Positions 19,371-30,263 of a DNA stretch of 64,000 nt are shown here, one piece after another. Source of the DNA: a virus (taxonomy: Duplodnaviria > Caudoviricetes); the IMG/VR virus record IMGVR_UViG_3300037470_000577, positions 1 through 64,000 of that record; one strand, given 5' to 3'. Below the pieces are notes generated by a model. The model saw only the letters and a program-made list of their open reading frames with translations. It made no database searches and was not told where the DNA came from. The stretch's first letter is position 1, and each line of letters starts with the position of its first letter. The position numbers and the translations under genes are program-made.

Positions 19371-19822
19371 AACTCCGAACCGGTAACATGTGGTCGGCGT
19401 ATGACGAGGCCGACCTCTTCCTCATTACAACCAACTCCACCATCGCCAACGGACGGCTGGTGATGGGGGCTGGGATAGCGCGAGAGGCGCGGGACAGATT
19501 TCCCGGCCTAGACAAGGCGATGGCCGACATCCTCATGCCCTGGTGCGGACACCTGGGAAGCTATTACCTGCTCATCTCAAGGGAGTGGCCCGCCAGGAAG
19601 TTAGGCGGTTTCCAGACCAAGACCAACTGCCAGCTACCGGCCAACATCACGCTCATCCGAAACGCCACCAGAGGGCTGTTGTGGTGGGCCACCTATCACC
19701 CGGACAAGCAGGTGCATCTCAATTTCCCCGGCATAGGCAGCGGTGGCCTGTCCTCCCACGTTGTCATGCCCTATATCACACAACTGCCGGACAATGTGAC
19801 TATCTGGCAGAAGGAGAACTGA
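19367..19822 (+). CDS. macrodomain (ADP-ribose-binding/processing) protein
   Basis: ITTN.......LVMGAGIA..A..RFP, FQTK and FPGIGSGGLS macro loops. Confidence 0.8.
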   Translation: MKLRTGNMWSAYDEADLFLITTNSTIANGRLVMGAGIAREARDRFPGLDKAMADILMPWCGHLGSYYLLISREWPARKLGGFQTKTNCQLPANITLIRNATRGLLWWATYHPDKQVHLNFPGIGSGGLSSHVVMPYITQLPDNVTIWQKEN

Positions 19823-20993
19823 TGAACAAATACCTGGCTGTCCTGGAAATATTAAACCATCCTGCCGGATATTATCTCGTCGAGAACGCGGCTGACGAGA
19901 AGGACGCAGTAGAGCAAGCGTGGAAGGTGATTGATAGAGAAGCGTACCTGCTGCCTGGGCGGGATTGGGACGAGCGTTGGAGTGCAACATGGCAAGTAAC
20001 CGCCCACCCCATGTATCAGCACAGTGTAGCGGGTGTGAGTAGTGATTTGAAGGAGTGGGAATATGAGCAAGAAACTTAACAGAGAGACGAATAAGAACTT
20101 AACCTTCGACCGATGGATGAAGCGTGTCGAGACTTATGCTGGAGAGGCGAGTGGTAAACCGCTCAGACGCTTCCATATTTACAATGATGTCGGTTACAGA
20201 AACGCATACAAGAAGGGACAGCGGGCCTACGATGTTGCCTTGAAAGCCTGCGGCCAGTGACTTAAAGGAGTTTGAATATGAACAAGGGTGAAACTTATTT
20301 CATTGTGGAATTGCAAGGGTTGTTCTATCCGAGAGGTTTCCAATTACACGAAGATGAACTATCCAATTTCCATCTGTTTGACCACAAGAAATTATATTGG
20401 GACGAGCAGTTGGAAATGCAAATAGTAGATGACGACTACGCCGTTGGAATAGACTTATACCCTAAAGGAAACTCCATCCAGGATGGGCATGTCAACAGCC
20501 TTGACCGTGAGATGCACCAGGCTGGCCTGGACTCTGTTAGGGACATTGAAGAGATGGAGCGGCCCCTGTTTGATATTATGTATAAGCGGCGGGCTGAGTT
20601 GGAGTGCGATACTTTTAACGCCCGCGTTAAAGGGAAGTTCGGCCCTGCTTTCACGCCCTATCTCAGCGTGCTGATGATTTGGAGTTACCACTGGAGCGAA
20701 GATTCCTGGGGAGAACTTGACACCTGGTTTGAATATCACGACCTGTTGACCAACAAAGTGATTGACATGCTCGGAAGGATGAGACTGCACAAATGAAGAA
20801 ACACTTTAATTACGAGACGTGGCTGGAGCAGGTAGAGGCGCTACTGGAGGAGATTTACGAACTCGACGACATGGATTCAGTAGACTTCTATGCCTATTAT
20901 ACCACTGACTACGACGCTGCTGTGGCGGCGGGGCAGATTTACCAGGAAGCGATGAGAAAAAGAGAGGATGACGATGCCCGAAATAAGATTTGA
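19822..20993 (+). CDS. four hypothetical ORFs (19822-20079, 20063-20260, 20272-20796, 20793-20993)
   Basis: Coupled ORFs with GGAG RBS. Confidence 0.55.
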
Positions 20994-21837
20994 AAGTCGA
21001 GGGATGGTGGTGGATACCGGCTACAACGAAGCCTATCAGACATGGTTCAAGCGTTCCATCCCACCCAAAGATAGAGATTGGAACGGCAAGCCCAGCTACG
21101 CAGGCCAACCCTGGTTTTCTCGCTCTTGCTGGACGGTAAACGCGAAACATTTCCAGCTTATCCGCGCTAAACTAAATGAGATATATGGCTACTGCGACGT
21201 GGTTGGAAGCCCAGCGCAAGCAAGGCAAAACGAAACCGTCACCTTCGTCCTGGATTACATCGGCAATCTCAAAGAGAAAGAGGCGGGCCAGCCGCTCTCC
21301 TTTGCCGTGCGAGACGGAAACCGGGAAGATTGGAACGTTATCTTTCCCCAGGATGTTCTGGAGAAGTGGTTTGGATTTACCCTGTCGTCCCCGGTTCTGG
21401 CAGGCAGCTATTACACCGTCCTGTCTATCGCTCAGGGTGCGGCTGGCAGCGACATCAAGCGAGCCTACCGGCAGGCGGCGCGGACATATCATCCTGACTA
21501 CAACAAAGACTCAGACGCCAATCAGCAATTCATCAAGGTACAGGAAGCTTACGAAACACTATCCAATCCCCTGCTTCGCAAGAAGTACGATGCGGCCCTG
21601 TCCTGGAAGGAAGAGGCGGGTATCAAGGAGGATAAAGAGTACGGCGTCTTATGGCGGCCGCCCGTTCGATGTGGTCTGATGAAAGCCAAGATAGAACATG
21701 CAGCCGGTCGGTGGATCATTAACGAAGTATTAGCGTGGCAGGATCAGGTCAACGTATCTGGCTACGTTCGAGTAACATATTGGGACATTCATGCTGGAGG
21801 TGACTTCGGCACATGGGCTGAGAAGTGGCAGCCATAG
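20968..21837 (+). CDS. J-domain (DnaJ-type co-chaperone domain) protein
   Basis: YYTVLSI...[20 protein letters not shown]......[15 protein letters not shown] with intact HPD. Confidence 0.9.
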   Translation: MTMPEIRFESRGMVVDTGYNEAYQTWFKRSIPPKDRDWNGKPSYAGQPWFSRSCWTVNAKHFQLIRAKLNEIYGYCDVVGSPAQARQNETVTFVLDYIGNLKEKEAGQPLSFAVRDGNREDWNVIFPQDVLEKWFGFTLSSPVLAGSYYTVLSIAQGAAGSDIKRAYRQAARTYHPDYNKDSDANQQFIKVQEAYETLSNPLLRKKYDAALSWKEEAGIKEDKEYGVLWRPPVRCGLMKAKIEHAAGRWIINEVLAWQDQVNVSGYVRVTYWDIHAGGDFGTWAEKWQP

Positions 21838-21851
21838 TAAAGGAGAATGAA

Positions 21852-22412
21852 ATGAACTGGGAATCAACCCGACAAAGACTTATTGAATGTGGCATTGACA
21901 ACCTACCAGAAGAGTGGGAGCAGCGAATTGACCTGAGCGAGGCTAACCTGAGAAGGGCTAACCTGAGAGGGGCTGACCTGAGCGAGGCTTACCTGAGAGG
22001 GGCTAACCTGAGAGGGGCTTACCTGAGAAGGGCTAACCTGAGAGGGGCTTACCTGAGCGAGGCTAACCTGAGAAGGGCTGACCTGAGCGAGGCTAACCTG
22101 AGAAGGGCTTACCTGCCAACATCTATTAAGGTCAAGAACCTGGATGCCCGCATCCTGGAAATCCTTGAAAGTGGAGAGGGCCAAATAGATATGTCAAGTT
22201 GGCACACTTGCGAAACAACCCATTGCCGTGCGGGGTGGGCAATTATGCTGGCCGGGGAAGCTGGGCGAGTCTTAGAGGATATTTACGGCCCCTCGGCTGC
22301 CGGGGCAATTATTTACGCCAGTAGTTATCCCGATCTGCCTATCCCCGATTTTGTTGCGAGCGACGAGGATGCACTGGCCGATATGAGAGAACGGGCGGCT
22401 CTCGACCAATAA
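21852..22412 (+). CDS. pentapeptide-repeat protein with a C-terminal [13 protein letters not shown] domain
   Basis: 12 A(N/D/Y)Lxx pentapeptides; C-terminal His/Cys motif. Confidence 0.85.
   Translation: MNWESTRQRLIECGIDNLPEEWEQRIDLSEANLRRANLRGADLSEAYLRGANLRGAYLRRANLRGAYLSEANLRRADLSEANLRRAYLPTSIKVKNLDARILEILESGEGQIDMSSWHTCETTHCRAGWAIMLAGEAGRVLEDIYGPSAAGAIIYASSYPDLPIPDFVASDEDALADMRERAALDQ
21930..22109 (+). repeat. 15-bp tandem repeat x12
   Basis: Consensus (A/G/T)ACCTGAG(A/C)(A/G)(G/A)GGCT with identical codon choice across units. Confidence 0.95.
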
Positions 22413-22429
22413 CCACAAGGAGAACGAAT

Positions 22430-23032
22430 ATGAGGAAGTCACGCGCCTTAACCAGAACCAACTACACCGTCGCCGAGGGCAGCATAAAAGATGTGGCCCA
22501 ACGTGAAAACATTTCAATCGAGCAGGCATTTATGAATGCCGAGTACATCGCTCTGGTTGACGTGTCGGGCAGCATGACTGCTACCGACAGCCGGGGCGGG
22601 CAGTCGCGGCATGATGTGGCTGAGGAGGAGTTAAAGAAACTTCAAGCCAAGTATCCAGGCAAGCTGGCCTTAGTCTGCTTTTCATCTGAGACGAAGTTCG
22701 TTCCGTCTGGAATACCAGATAGAATGAACGGCGGAACCAATCTACTGCGCGGCCTAGAAACCATTCAGGCCGTTGACGGCGCGGTCAAACTATTCTTCGT
22801 AATATGCGACGGCCAGCCAGATTGGGGACAGGAGGATGAATGTATGGCTCTGGCCCGTCACTTCACAACGCCCGTCAACAGCATCTTCGTTGGCCCCGAA
22901 ACCGACAGTGATGCCATGTCCTTCATGCGCCGGTTGGCCGAAGCGGGGAATGGGCAGAACGTTAATGCCAGCGAGATTGGGAAGCTAGCTGAACCATTTG
23001 AGATAATATTGCTAGAAGCGGGAGAAAAATAA
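22430..23032 (+). CDS. vWA domain protein
   Basis: MIDAS DVSGSM, GGTN and ICDGQPD. Confidence 0.9.
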   Translation: MRKSRALTRTNYTVAEGSIKDVAQRENISIEQAFMNAEYIALVDVSGSMTATDSRGGQSRHDVAEEELKKLQAKYPGKLALVCFSSETKFVPSGIPDRMNGGTNLLRGLETIQAVDGAVKLFFVICDGQPDWGQEDECMALARHFTTPVNSIFVGPETDSDAMSFMRRLAEAGNGQNVNASEIGKLAEPFEIILLEAGEK

Positions 23033-23033
23033 T

Positions 23034-24026
23034 ATGGCAGACAAAGAGTATAACAAGCTAGAAGTGCCAGCGACATTCAATCCGGCCCAACCCAAGTTCA
23101 TCCAGGTTAAATTCAAATTTGATATGCCAAAGGAATTTGATAAGGGAACCTACACATCCTATCTCTACGGTGTGGAGGATGAGAACAACCAGGATGCCAG
23201 TCTGTGGGCCTACTCCGGTCTAAAGAATGCGTTGGAGCATCTGGTCGGAATAGACGATGACGAGAACGGCGTACCAAAGACAGCCTATCGGGTTACACAG
23301 GGAACCATTGCCAAGTTGATGTGTTTCCAAACCGATCCCAATGACACCAAGTCACGCCGTTACAGCGCCATCCACATTGCTGGGCCGTACAAAGAAACTT
23401 ACTCAGCCCAACCAGCCGCCAGTAATGGCGCTGCGCCAGCCCCCCAACAAAGTAAAGGAGAACAACAACCCATGATTGATAAACAAGCGGCAAGAGATAG
23501 TAAGTTCTATAAGCCTATGACGGATGCCCAAATGCTTGTTGCTACCGGGCTTATTAACGACCGAGGCAACACCTTGTTGGTTGCCTGGCGTTTTATAACG
23601 ACCAACTTTCCCGATCTAGCACAGGAGAATCAGCGGGCAATGGCAATTCACCTGAACATGGAAGTAGCGACCAACCTCTGGCGTTACGATGGGCCGTATG
23701 AGGAGCCGGAACCCGATCCAACCAAAGCTCTGGCAACCGACCCGATATACCAACGGCTTGAGAAGGTGACAAAGATGCCGGAACTATCCGCCCGTATCCA
23801 GGAATACTTTACCATCCTGGTTGAGGAGACTTCATCTGAAAACGAGTTCTCCGTCAAAGGCGCTTTCAAGAAGATGGGCATTAACACCATCCCCAACAAA
23901 GCTCTCTTTGCCCCTAGTATGTATGCCGATTTCAAGAAGCTGGAACGTTACCGACAGTATCGTGACCAGGGCTTTGAACCCGATGCTGCGGCCGAAGCGG
24001 TTGTTGCTGAGAGTGAAACCGCGTGA
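23034..24026 (+). CDS. hypothetical 330-aa protein
   Basis: beta-rich N-terminus, PAASNGAAPAPQQ linker, helical C-terminus; no family recognised. Confidence 0.7.
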   Translation: MADKEYNKLEVPATFNPAQPKFIQVKFKFDMPKEFDKGTYTSYLYGVEDENNQDASLWAYSGLKNALEHLVGIDDDENGVPKTAYRVTQGTIAKLMCFQTDPNDTKSRRYSAIHIAGPYKETYSAQPAASNGAAPAPQQSKGEQQPMIDKQAARDSKFYKPMTDAQMLVATGLINDRGNTLLVAWRFITTNFPDLAQENQRAMAIHLNMEVATNLWRYDGPYEEPEPDPTKALATDPIYQRLEKVTKMPELSARIQEYFTILVEETSSENEFSVKGAFKKMGINTIPNKALFAPSMYADFKKLERYRQYRDQGFEPDAAAEAVVAESETA

Positions 24027-24559
24027 CCAACGACCTTGTAACGAGCGGGAGGGCTTGCATCACGGCCACTGGTGCAACCTTCCTGCCTGGTATTCCCTAT
24101 GAAAATATGGAAGGTTTTATCGTCGAGATGTGCCGGGTCAGGCGGGGAGTGACGGCCGCTATTGGCGACGCCTTGAACTACGCCGAACGAGAGTACGGTG
24201 AAACCTATGCCCAACTAGAGGCGTCAACCGGTTACAGTCCAGGTTACCTGGCTAACCTGAAATGGGTGTTCGGTTCTGTTCCTATCGAGAATCGCATCGA
24301 CGGCCTGGGCATGTCCTACTACCAGGTTGTGGCCCCGATTACCGACATGATTGTGCAGCGTACCTGGCTGGAAACGGCCTGGGAAAACGGCTGGACGCGG
24401 GATGAACTTCGACTGGCGGTGAACGGCGCACCCCGCGAGCGTCAGAAAACCACTGCATTACGCGATGTGGTCCAGGAATTTGTGTGGGCCTATCGCAAAG
24501 GAGACAGTATAGAAAGATGGGTAAAGGAGTTGGAGACAATGCTTTCGCACTGGAGATAG
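24023..24559 (+). CDS. LmbU-like DNA-binding protein
   Basis: IGDALNYAE..YGETY.Q....TGY....LANL.WV...VP...R...L..SY...VA.....Q..WL..A....W...ELR. Confidence 0.55.
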   Translation: MTNDLVTSGRACITATGATFLPGIPYENMEGFIVEMCRVRRGVTAAIGDALNYAEREYGETYAQLEASTGYSPGYLANLKWVFGSVPIENRIDGLGMSYYQVVAPITDMIVQRTWLETAWENGWTRDELRLAVNGAPRERQKTTALRDVVQEFVWAYRKGDSIERWVKELETMLSHWR

Positions 24560-24712
24560 GCAACTCTCTTCGAGCGGCCCAGGAGATTACCGACGAGTTC
24601 CTGGCGGTTAGCGATTACCTGACCGCCCTGGGAGTTCCGTATGAATTTGACGACGGGACGCCGATGCTCACCTTGTTAGACAGGGTGCGCTATATGAAAG
24701 AGGAGATGCAGC

Positions 24713-25267
24713 ATGAATCTAAATGATGATCAGCAAGCAGTATTGAGAACGATTATCTCTTACGCTGGCATGAACGGCGATACGCCCCGCCAGTCAACGC
24801 TCGCCGTCTTAACCGGACTCAGTAGAAATAAGGTTGAGTATGCGCTTTCCCGGTTGGGTAGGGGGGGCTACTTAGTCCGCCCGTTTCCGGGTGAGTGGAA
24901 TTACCAAGTTACCCCCAAAGGAGTTGAGGCAATGAACCAGTCCCCTATCGTCCCGCCATCCCCCCTGCACAACGACAGCACCGTTGTCTGCCGTTATGAA
25001 TATTGGCCCAATGCCCGGCGAGCCGAACACCATCTGATTTATACCAACGGAACCTGTTCCTGTCGTCACGTCAAACGTTGCTTCCACCTGCGGCGGGCGG
25101 CAGTTGATTTACCCGACTTGATTGAACAGTTTGAGATTGAGTTCGAGGATAACGGCAGCCATTGGTCGCAAGAAAACATCGAGCGAATGGAACGGTGGTT
25201 GTCAGAGAACTACGAAACGATTATGTCCTGGAGCAAAGTGCCAGTGCCAACGTACGATGACTTTTAA
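24713..25267 (+). CDS. HTH + SWIM zinc-finger protein
   Basis: N-terminal LA..TGLSR..V..AL.RL...GY HTH; CSC....RCFHL SWIM-type motif. Confidence 0.6.
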   Translation: MNLNDDQQAVLRTIISYAGMNGDTPRQSTLAVLTGLSRNKVEYALSRLGRGGYLVRPFPGEWNYQVTPKGVEAMNQSPIVPPSPLHNDSTVVCRYEYWPNARRAEHHLIYTNGTCSCRHVKRCFHLRRAAVDLPDLIEQFEIEFEDNGSHWSQENIERMERWLSENYETIMSWSKVPVPTYDDF

Positions 25268-25272
25268 GGAGA

Positions 25273-26125
25273 ATGAGGGTGAACGAACTACGTGCAGTGA
25301 ACAGACCCCTGATAGTGATGCACACCGGTTGGGTCGATGCTGACCTGACGCTGGAGGAGTTGGGCTTACGGCTATGGGTGGCCGTACATGGGCCGGTGAC
25401 GGCCGAATGCATTTACGAGATGTTTCCAGACTGTCCGACCGAAATAGTCAGCAGACTGGAGCACGACCAGCCGATGGACTTAATGAGTCCGCCCAAGAAG
25501 AAGCGGCCGAAGGTTAAGGCAGAGCGCAAGAAGTCCCAGGATCAGATTGATCGTGCGGTATTGGAGAGTCACTTCTCAGAGATAACCGGCATCGCCAAAC
25601 CCGAACCCAAGACTGCCCGTCAGCGTTCTCAGGCCGTAGCATTGTGGTGGAGTCCCTTGCGCGATATCTACGAGATGACAGGCAGAGATGTTGAGGCCGC
25701 GCAAACGCTTATAACAGAGGCCGTGTGGCGTATGGCCGAACTAACTATTGCCTCTCCCAAGTCCATCGAAAAGGTCTGCATCTCCATCAATGCAAAGGAA
25801 GGCCATGATGATCTGGTCTTTTGATGAGGGGGTGGATTATCGGATTGGCTTTTACACCAGCTTGCTCAATCGGGCGCTGGCCCCCAACTCGCCCATCGTC
25901 CATACCGACCTAGACCATACTGCCTATCTACGCCAGGTCGCGGCAACGTTGAATAAAATTGTCGAAGCGGGCATGAACGTACAACTGGTCGAACTAGCCC
26001 AGGTTACGGGCAACGCGGACATCATGGTCGATGTTGTAGCCTGGGTAGTTGGGGCGACCAACGCTTTGGGCGGAGAGTTGGACGAGATTGAGCGGGCGAT
26101 GGCGAGCATAATGGAGGAATCATGA
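25273..26125 (+). CDS. two hypothetical replication-region ORFs (25273-25824, 25805-26125)
   Basis: Lie upstream of primase/helicase; RBS present. Confidence 0.55.
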
Positions 26126-26597
26126 GAACAGGATACGCATTTTCAGCTAGTGGAGTAGATAGCAAGGGTTTTCTAAGAACTGTTTGGGGAGTGGTTTGTG
26201 CTATAAGTGAAGAAGAAGCGGTTGGAGTGGCAGCGGCGCGATTTAACGAAAGACATCCCCACTGCCCCATCCACACAATAGGAGCAGTCGTTGTGGATGG
26301 AGAAGGAACAAAAATTATTAACGGGAGAATGGTGCAGGTGGAGGAGGAATCATGAATAAAGGTTATATTTTTTTAGTGACAGGATTAGCCAGAAACGGAA
26401 GGGACTTTGAAGTTTCTTACGGACTTTTATTTGCAGAAAACGAGACTTATGCAAAATCATTGGCTACGTCTTACTTTCACAGAAACAACCCGTCTTGCAG
26501 CAATGTAAGTGTAAAAGTTACGGAAGTAGTCCTCCCGGAGGATTCTCACGTCCGCATTTATGGCAGCACCCTTATCGCTGATACGGAGGAATCGTGA
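26122..26597 (+). CDS. two paralogous small proteins (26122-26355, 26352-26597)
   Basis: Shared GY.F...G....G......G...A..E..A...A...F....P.C pattern. Confidence 0.6.
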
Positions 26598-27619
26598 ACT
26601 ATCATCCCAGCATTAAGAAGTGGGTGGGGCTGCCCTATTTCAAACAAGTATCGGCAACAGAATATTGTTCAGCCTGTCCGAGTTGCGGCGAGTTTGACCA
26701 TGACTCCTCGTCCGGCGAGCCAGACCGCTTCCGCATCTTCCCGGAAGGAACAGGCAAGACCGGGGTAGCGAGAGCCTGGTGCAGGCGTTGTCAGCACAAA
26801 GAGTTTTCGTTTCCGACCGGATACGACAAGCGTGACCCGGCAGGGCAGGCAAGAATGGCCCAACTACATCAAGAGATGTTGGAGAAAGCCGAGGAAGAAA
26901 TCCAGCGTTTGCACAAGATGATCGCCTGGCTTGCTCGTTCTCAGTTCTGGCTCTCGGCCCATGAGGGAATGAATCAGGCCCAACGACAGACCTGGCTCAA
27001 ACATGTTCCCTCATGGGCTATAGATATGCACTGTCTCGGCTTCTTCGACCACGACCTGCACGTACATGGCCCTGAATCGGATGTCTTTGTACGGGGCGAT
27101 TCCCTCTCCATCCCCTACCTGGAAGGCGGCGTCGAACCGGAACATATCCAATCGCTCCAGCTAAGGATGTTGAACCCGGACGAGGGTGGCAAGTACCGCT
27201 TCTTGCCTGGATTCAAGGGCAGTGACCGATTGTTCTTTCCCTATCCGGAACATACGCACATGGATGAAGTTGTTATCGTAGTCGAGGGAGCTAAGAAATC
27301 AATATGGCTGTTTGACGAGTTGTCGGACATTGAGTACAGGGGACAGTCGGCCACCATTGTAGCGTTGCCCAATAAGTGGCTGGAATACGCTTCCGTTGCC
27401 CGGTTCGAGGACAGTAAGGTTGTGATATGGATGCTTGACCCGGACGCCCATTGGCCGGACAAGAACGGCAATGTGACGGCCGAGATTAACGCCAACAAGG
27501 TGGGTCGGGAAAAGAGTCGCTTTGTCCGTTTGCCGGGCAAGGTGGACGACCTTATAACAAGCGGCGTATATAAGAACAAGCATTTGAAAGCTCTAATCAA
27601 TCAGGCAGGTACAGTATGA
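26594..27619 (+). CDS. DNA primase (Zn-finger + TOPRIM)
   Basis: CPSC...WCRRC zinc-binding domain; GKYRF; VVEGAKK and MLDPD TOPRIM motifs. Confidence 0.8.
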   Translation: MNYHPSIKKWVGLPYFKQVSATEYCSACPSCGEFDHDSSSGEPDRFRIFPEGTGKTGVARAWCRRCQHKEFSFPTGYDKRDPAGQARMAQLHQEMLEKAEEEIQRLHKMIAWLARSQFWLSAHEGMNQAQRQTWLKHVPSWAIDMHCLGFFDHDLHVHGPESDVFVRGDSLSIPYLEGGVEPEHIQSLQLRMLNPDEGGKYRFLPGFKGSDRLFFPYPEHTHMDEVVIVVEGAKKSIWLFDELSDIEYRGQSATIVALPNKWLEYASVARFEDSKVVIWMLDPDAHWPDKNGNVTAEINANKVGREKSRFVRLPGKVDDLITSGVYKNKHLKALINQAGTV

Positions 27620-28647
27620 ACATAGATGAAAGACGCTCTGAGGCTATGAAACGCTGGGGCCATACCCCCGCCGACGCTCAGACCGCTTTGATTCACTTTG
27701 CCGAGAAGCTGTACGGAACAACTGGTGTGTCGTCCGGCAGTAAGAACCTGGACGCCATCATGGTTCCTACCAGACCGCCCTGGATACGAACTTGGCTTGC
27801 TGCATCAGGACACGGCAAAAGTACCCAGCTTAGGGTTATCGCCAAGACTGAGGCTCGCCGCCTGGTTGATGCCGACATTGGTGATAGGTACGCCGCTATC
27901 CTGACTTACGAGGAGGCTATTGACAGCCAGGAGTTACACATGGTTAGTGGCAACTTCACCAAGATGGATGTCTGGTACGGTCGAGTCCCGCCTCAATTGG
28001 TAGCGGAAGCGGCAGCCGACCGGGTTCTTCTGCCCATCTACATGATCGGGAAATCCATGTACAAGGCAGAACTAACGGGCCGCAAGAACGTCTATCACCA
28101 GCCCACTATCCACGACGCCATTGATGTGATGATGCACCTGTGGACGAAAGACCAGATTCGCCCCTCGGTTATATGTATTGACTACATTCAGAAGGTTCAC
28201 ATCAATAAACGTGGCCTTTCCCTGGACGCCAAGACCTTGCGGATTGCCGAGGGGTTGTCAGACATCTCACAGATGGCACTGGAGATGGAGTGTGCAATCG
28301 AGATGGGTTCCCAGGCAAGAAAGGAGGTGTTGACCCGCCGCGACCCTATCCCGACCGAGATAGATAACGAGTGGTCAAACGCTATCTTCCAGGAATCGAC
28401 CGAGATGGTGGCCCTGTACCGGCCCTGGGCGCACAATGAGGCCAGGAAGAAAGCCATTAAGGATGGCCGGGGTTTTGACCTGCTGCGGGACGATGGCACA
28501 AAAAGCAACGTGCCGTTCACGCCTGACCTGGTGATTGCCAGACCGCTCAAGAACAGGCCCAGCGCCATGCCTAACACGATAGCCTACCGCATCAGGCCGG
28601 ACTCGCTGGAGGTAGTTGATTTCCCGACCCAACTTATTTTCCCATAG
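27616..28647 (+). CDS. DnaB-like (SF4) replicative helicase
   Basis: Walker A ASGHGKST, Walker B ICIDYIQ, SQ..KE motif, and KNR arginine finger region. Confidence 0.85.
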   Translation: MNIDERRSEAMKRWGHTPADAQTALIHFAEKLYGTTGVSSGSKNLDAIMVPTRPPWIRTWLAASGHGKSTQLRVIAKTEARRLVDADIGDRYAAILTYEEAIDSQELHMVSGNFTKMDVWYGRVPPQLVAEAAADRVLLPIYMIGKSMYKAELTGRKNVYHQPTIHDAIDVMMHLWTKDQIRPSVICIDYIQKVHINKRGLSLDAKTLRIAEGLSDISQMALEMECAIEMGSQARKEVLTRRDPIPTEIDNEWSNAIFQESTEMVALYRPWAHNEARKKAIKDGRGFDLLRDDGTKSNVPFTPDLVIARPLKNRPSAMPNTIAYRIRPDSLEVVDFPTQLIFP

Positions 28648-28658
28648 GAGAACAAACA

Positions 28659-29635
28659 ATGGAACTGGTAAATACGTTATTGGAATTGTCCGAAGAAGAA
28701 TCGAAAGTTGATTGGACGATATTTATTGAGAAGGCCCAGGAGTTAGCCAGGCTGGTGCGGGAGTTAGAAATCACCGCCGCCCGCTGCCCACTGTGCCAGG
28801 GAGGATATTCACATGAAGTACATTGATATTGATTGGGACGATCTTGCAGAAAGCATATTGTCGGGAGCAATGGCGTGGGATTGGGATTACTACATCGACA
28901 TCGACCTGCTGGATAATGGCTGGTTGAAACTCTCTAGCATTTCTGGCAATGGCCTAGCCGTTGAGGCTACATCCCCACCCATGACACCAACCCAGGAGAC
29001 GGCGCTGGGCTATCTTCGTTCGACCGGTTTGAAACCAACTCTCTTCGAGGTGGCGGAACTGGCCCTGGACAAGTTTGTCGATGAGGCTGCATTGACCCGC
29101 CATATCTGCCAGATAATGGGGATTAGCTGATGAGCCTACACGAAACGATTACAGAGATAGAGCATAACCTGGAACAGATTGGGAATGTGTTCAAAGACAG
29201 GTATCAAATGATAGACGGACTGCACCGCTTTGAGTTAAGGATGAACGACGATGATAGCTGGTGTGTTCTCTTTGCTTCGGGCCGGGTGTTTATTCCCTCC
29301 GATGAAATAGATGAAATTCAACGACAGGTCAGCAATGCCCTGGAAAATGTAATAAGGAGATTGACATGAACAGTAAGGTAATTTTAGAACAATTGGACAT
29401 CGAGTACTTAGCCCATCTGAACGGCTGGGAACCGCCGCAGCGCATCCGCTTCTACTGCTTCACCTGCGGACAGCAGCACAACGGCGTCATCGCCCGGAGA
29501 TGCGGCTTAGACAACGTTTACACAGAGGACGAGGGCGGCAAGTTGGAGAAGGTTTACCAATCTGGCGGAGCCTACTACTGTCGGGTTAAGACAGTATTAG
29601 AAGAAGCACACCCCGCCTTGCATCAGGCCACCTAG
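28659..29635 (+). CDS. four small hypothetical ORFs (28659-28826, 28813-29130, 29130-29369, 29366-29635)
   Basis: Overlapping or coupled ORFs. Confidence 0.55.
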
Positions 29636-30252
29636 TGGAGTACAGTGACACCATTATGGTTAAGGACACTGCTTATCATGTAGGTTTGCTGGTTACGTGC
29701 CTTGTTCTGGGGCTGATACTGGTGATTGTCGGGACGGTCAACGTCAACGCTTTCATTGGGTCAGCCCTGTTGGGCGTTAGCGCCTACTGCGTGGCCTACA
29801 TCTGGCTGCTCCACACCGAGCCAGCGCCAGAAGAGGAGTGGGTAGAACCTGAATCGGAATGGGGCGAGGCCGCTGTGATGTCCGACCGCAAGCGCATAAT
29901 TGTCAACGGCAAGATGGAGAATATCCCGGCCAACCTGCAACCGGCTATCGAGGCCATCATCTCTTATCGGGAAGCGGGCGAGTTACAGACCGTCTCGGCC
30001 AGGTCGCTGCACGAATTGGGCATAGCCAGTCGCTTTGCGGCCAATGATGAGACAACGGCCCAGGACATTATGGATTGGCTTATTGAAATGGATGTTGTGG
30101 AACAGAAACCACGTTCGGCTGGCGAGTGGGTGGGTGACATAAAGTACTACCCCCCTACCCCCAACGGTGTGTCCCGGCAGGCGGGAAATGGTGGAGTGGA
30201 CAGGAGTGCGCCACCACCACCACATTTATCCACCACCACCACCACTAACTAA
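29635..30252 (+). CDS. membrane protein (2 TM) with a cytoplasmic domain
   Basis: Two hydrophobic helices near the N-terminus. Confidence 0.6.
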   Translation: MEYSDTIMVKDTAYHVGLLVTCLVLGLILVIVGTVNVNAFIGSALLGVSAYCVAYIWLLHTEPAPEEEWVEPESEWGEAAVMSDRKRIIVNGKMENIPANLQPAIEAIISYREAGELQTVSARSLHELGIASRFAANDETTAQDIMDWLIEMDVVEQKPRSAGEWVGDIKYYPPTPNGVSRQAGNGGVDRSAPPPPHLSTTTTTN

Positions 30253-30263
30253 AGGAGAATGAC

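Noticed and set aside
21903-22184. - strand [10 protein letters not shown] repeat ORF and other long overlapping antisense ORFs in the track
   Set aside because: Shadow frames of real genes; no RBS and contrary to operon direction
30211-30247. (CCA/ACC)n microsatellite
   Set aside because: Short and interrupted; encodes a low-complexity PPPPHLSTTTTT tail; no evidence of phase variation
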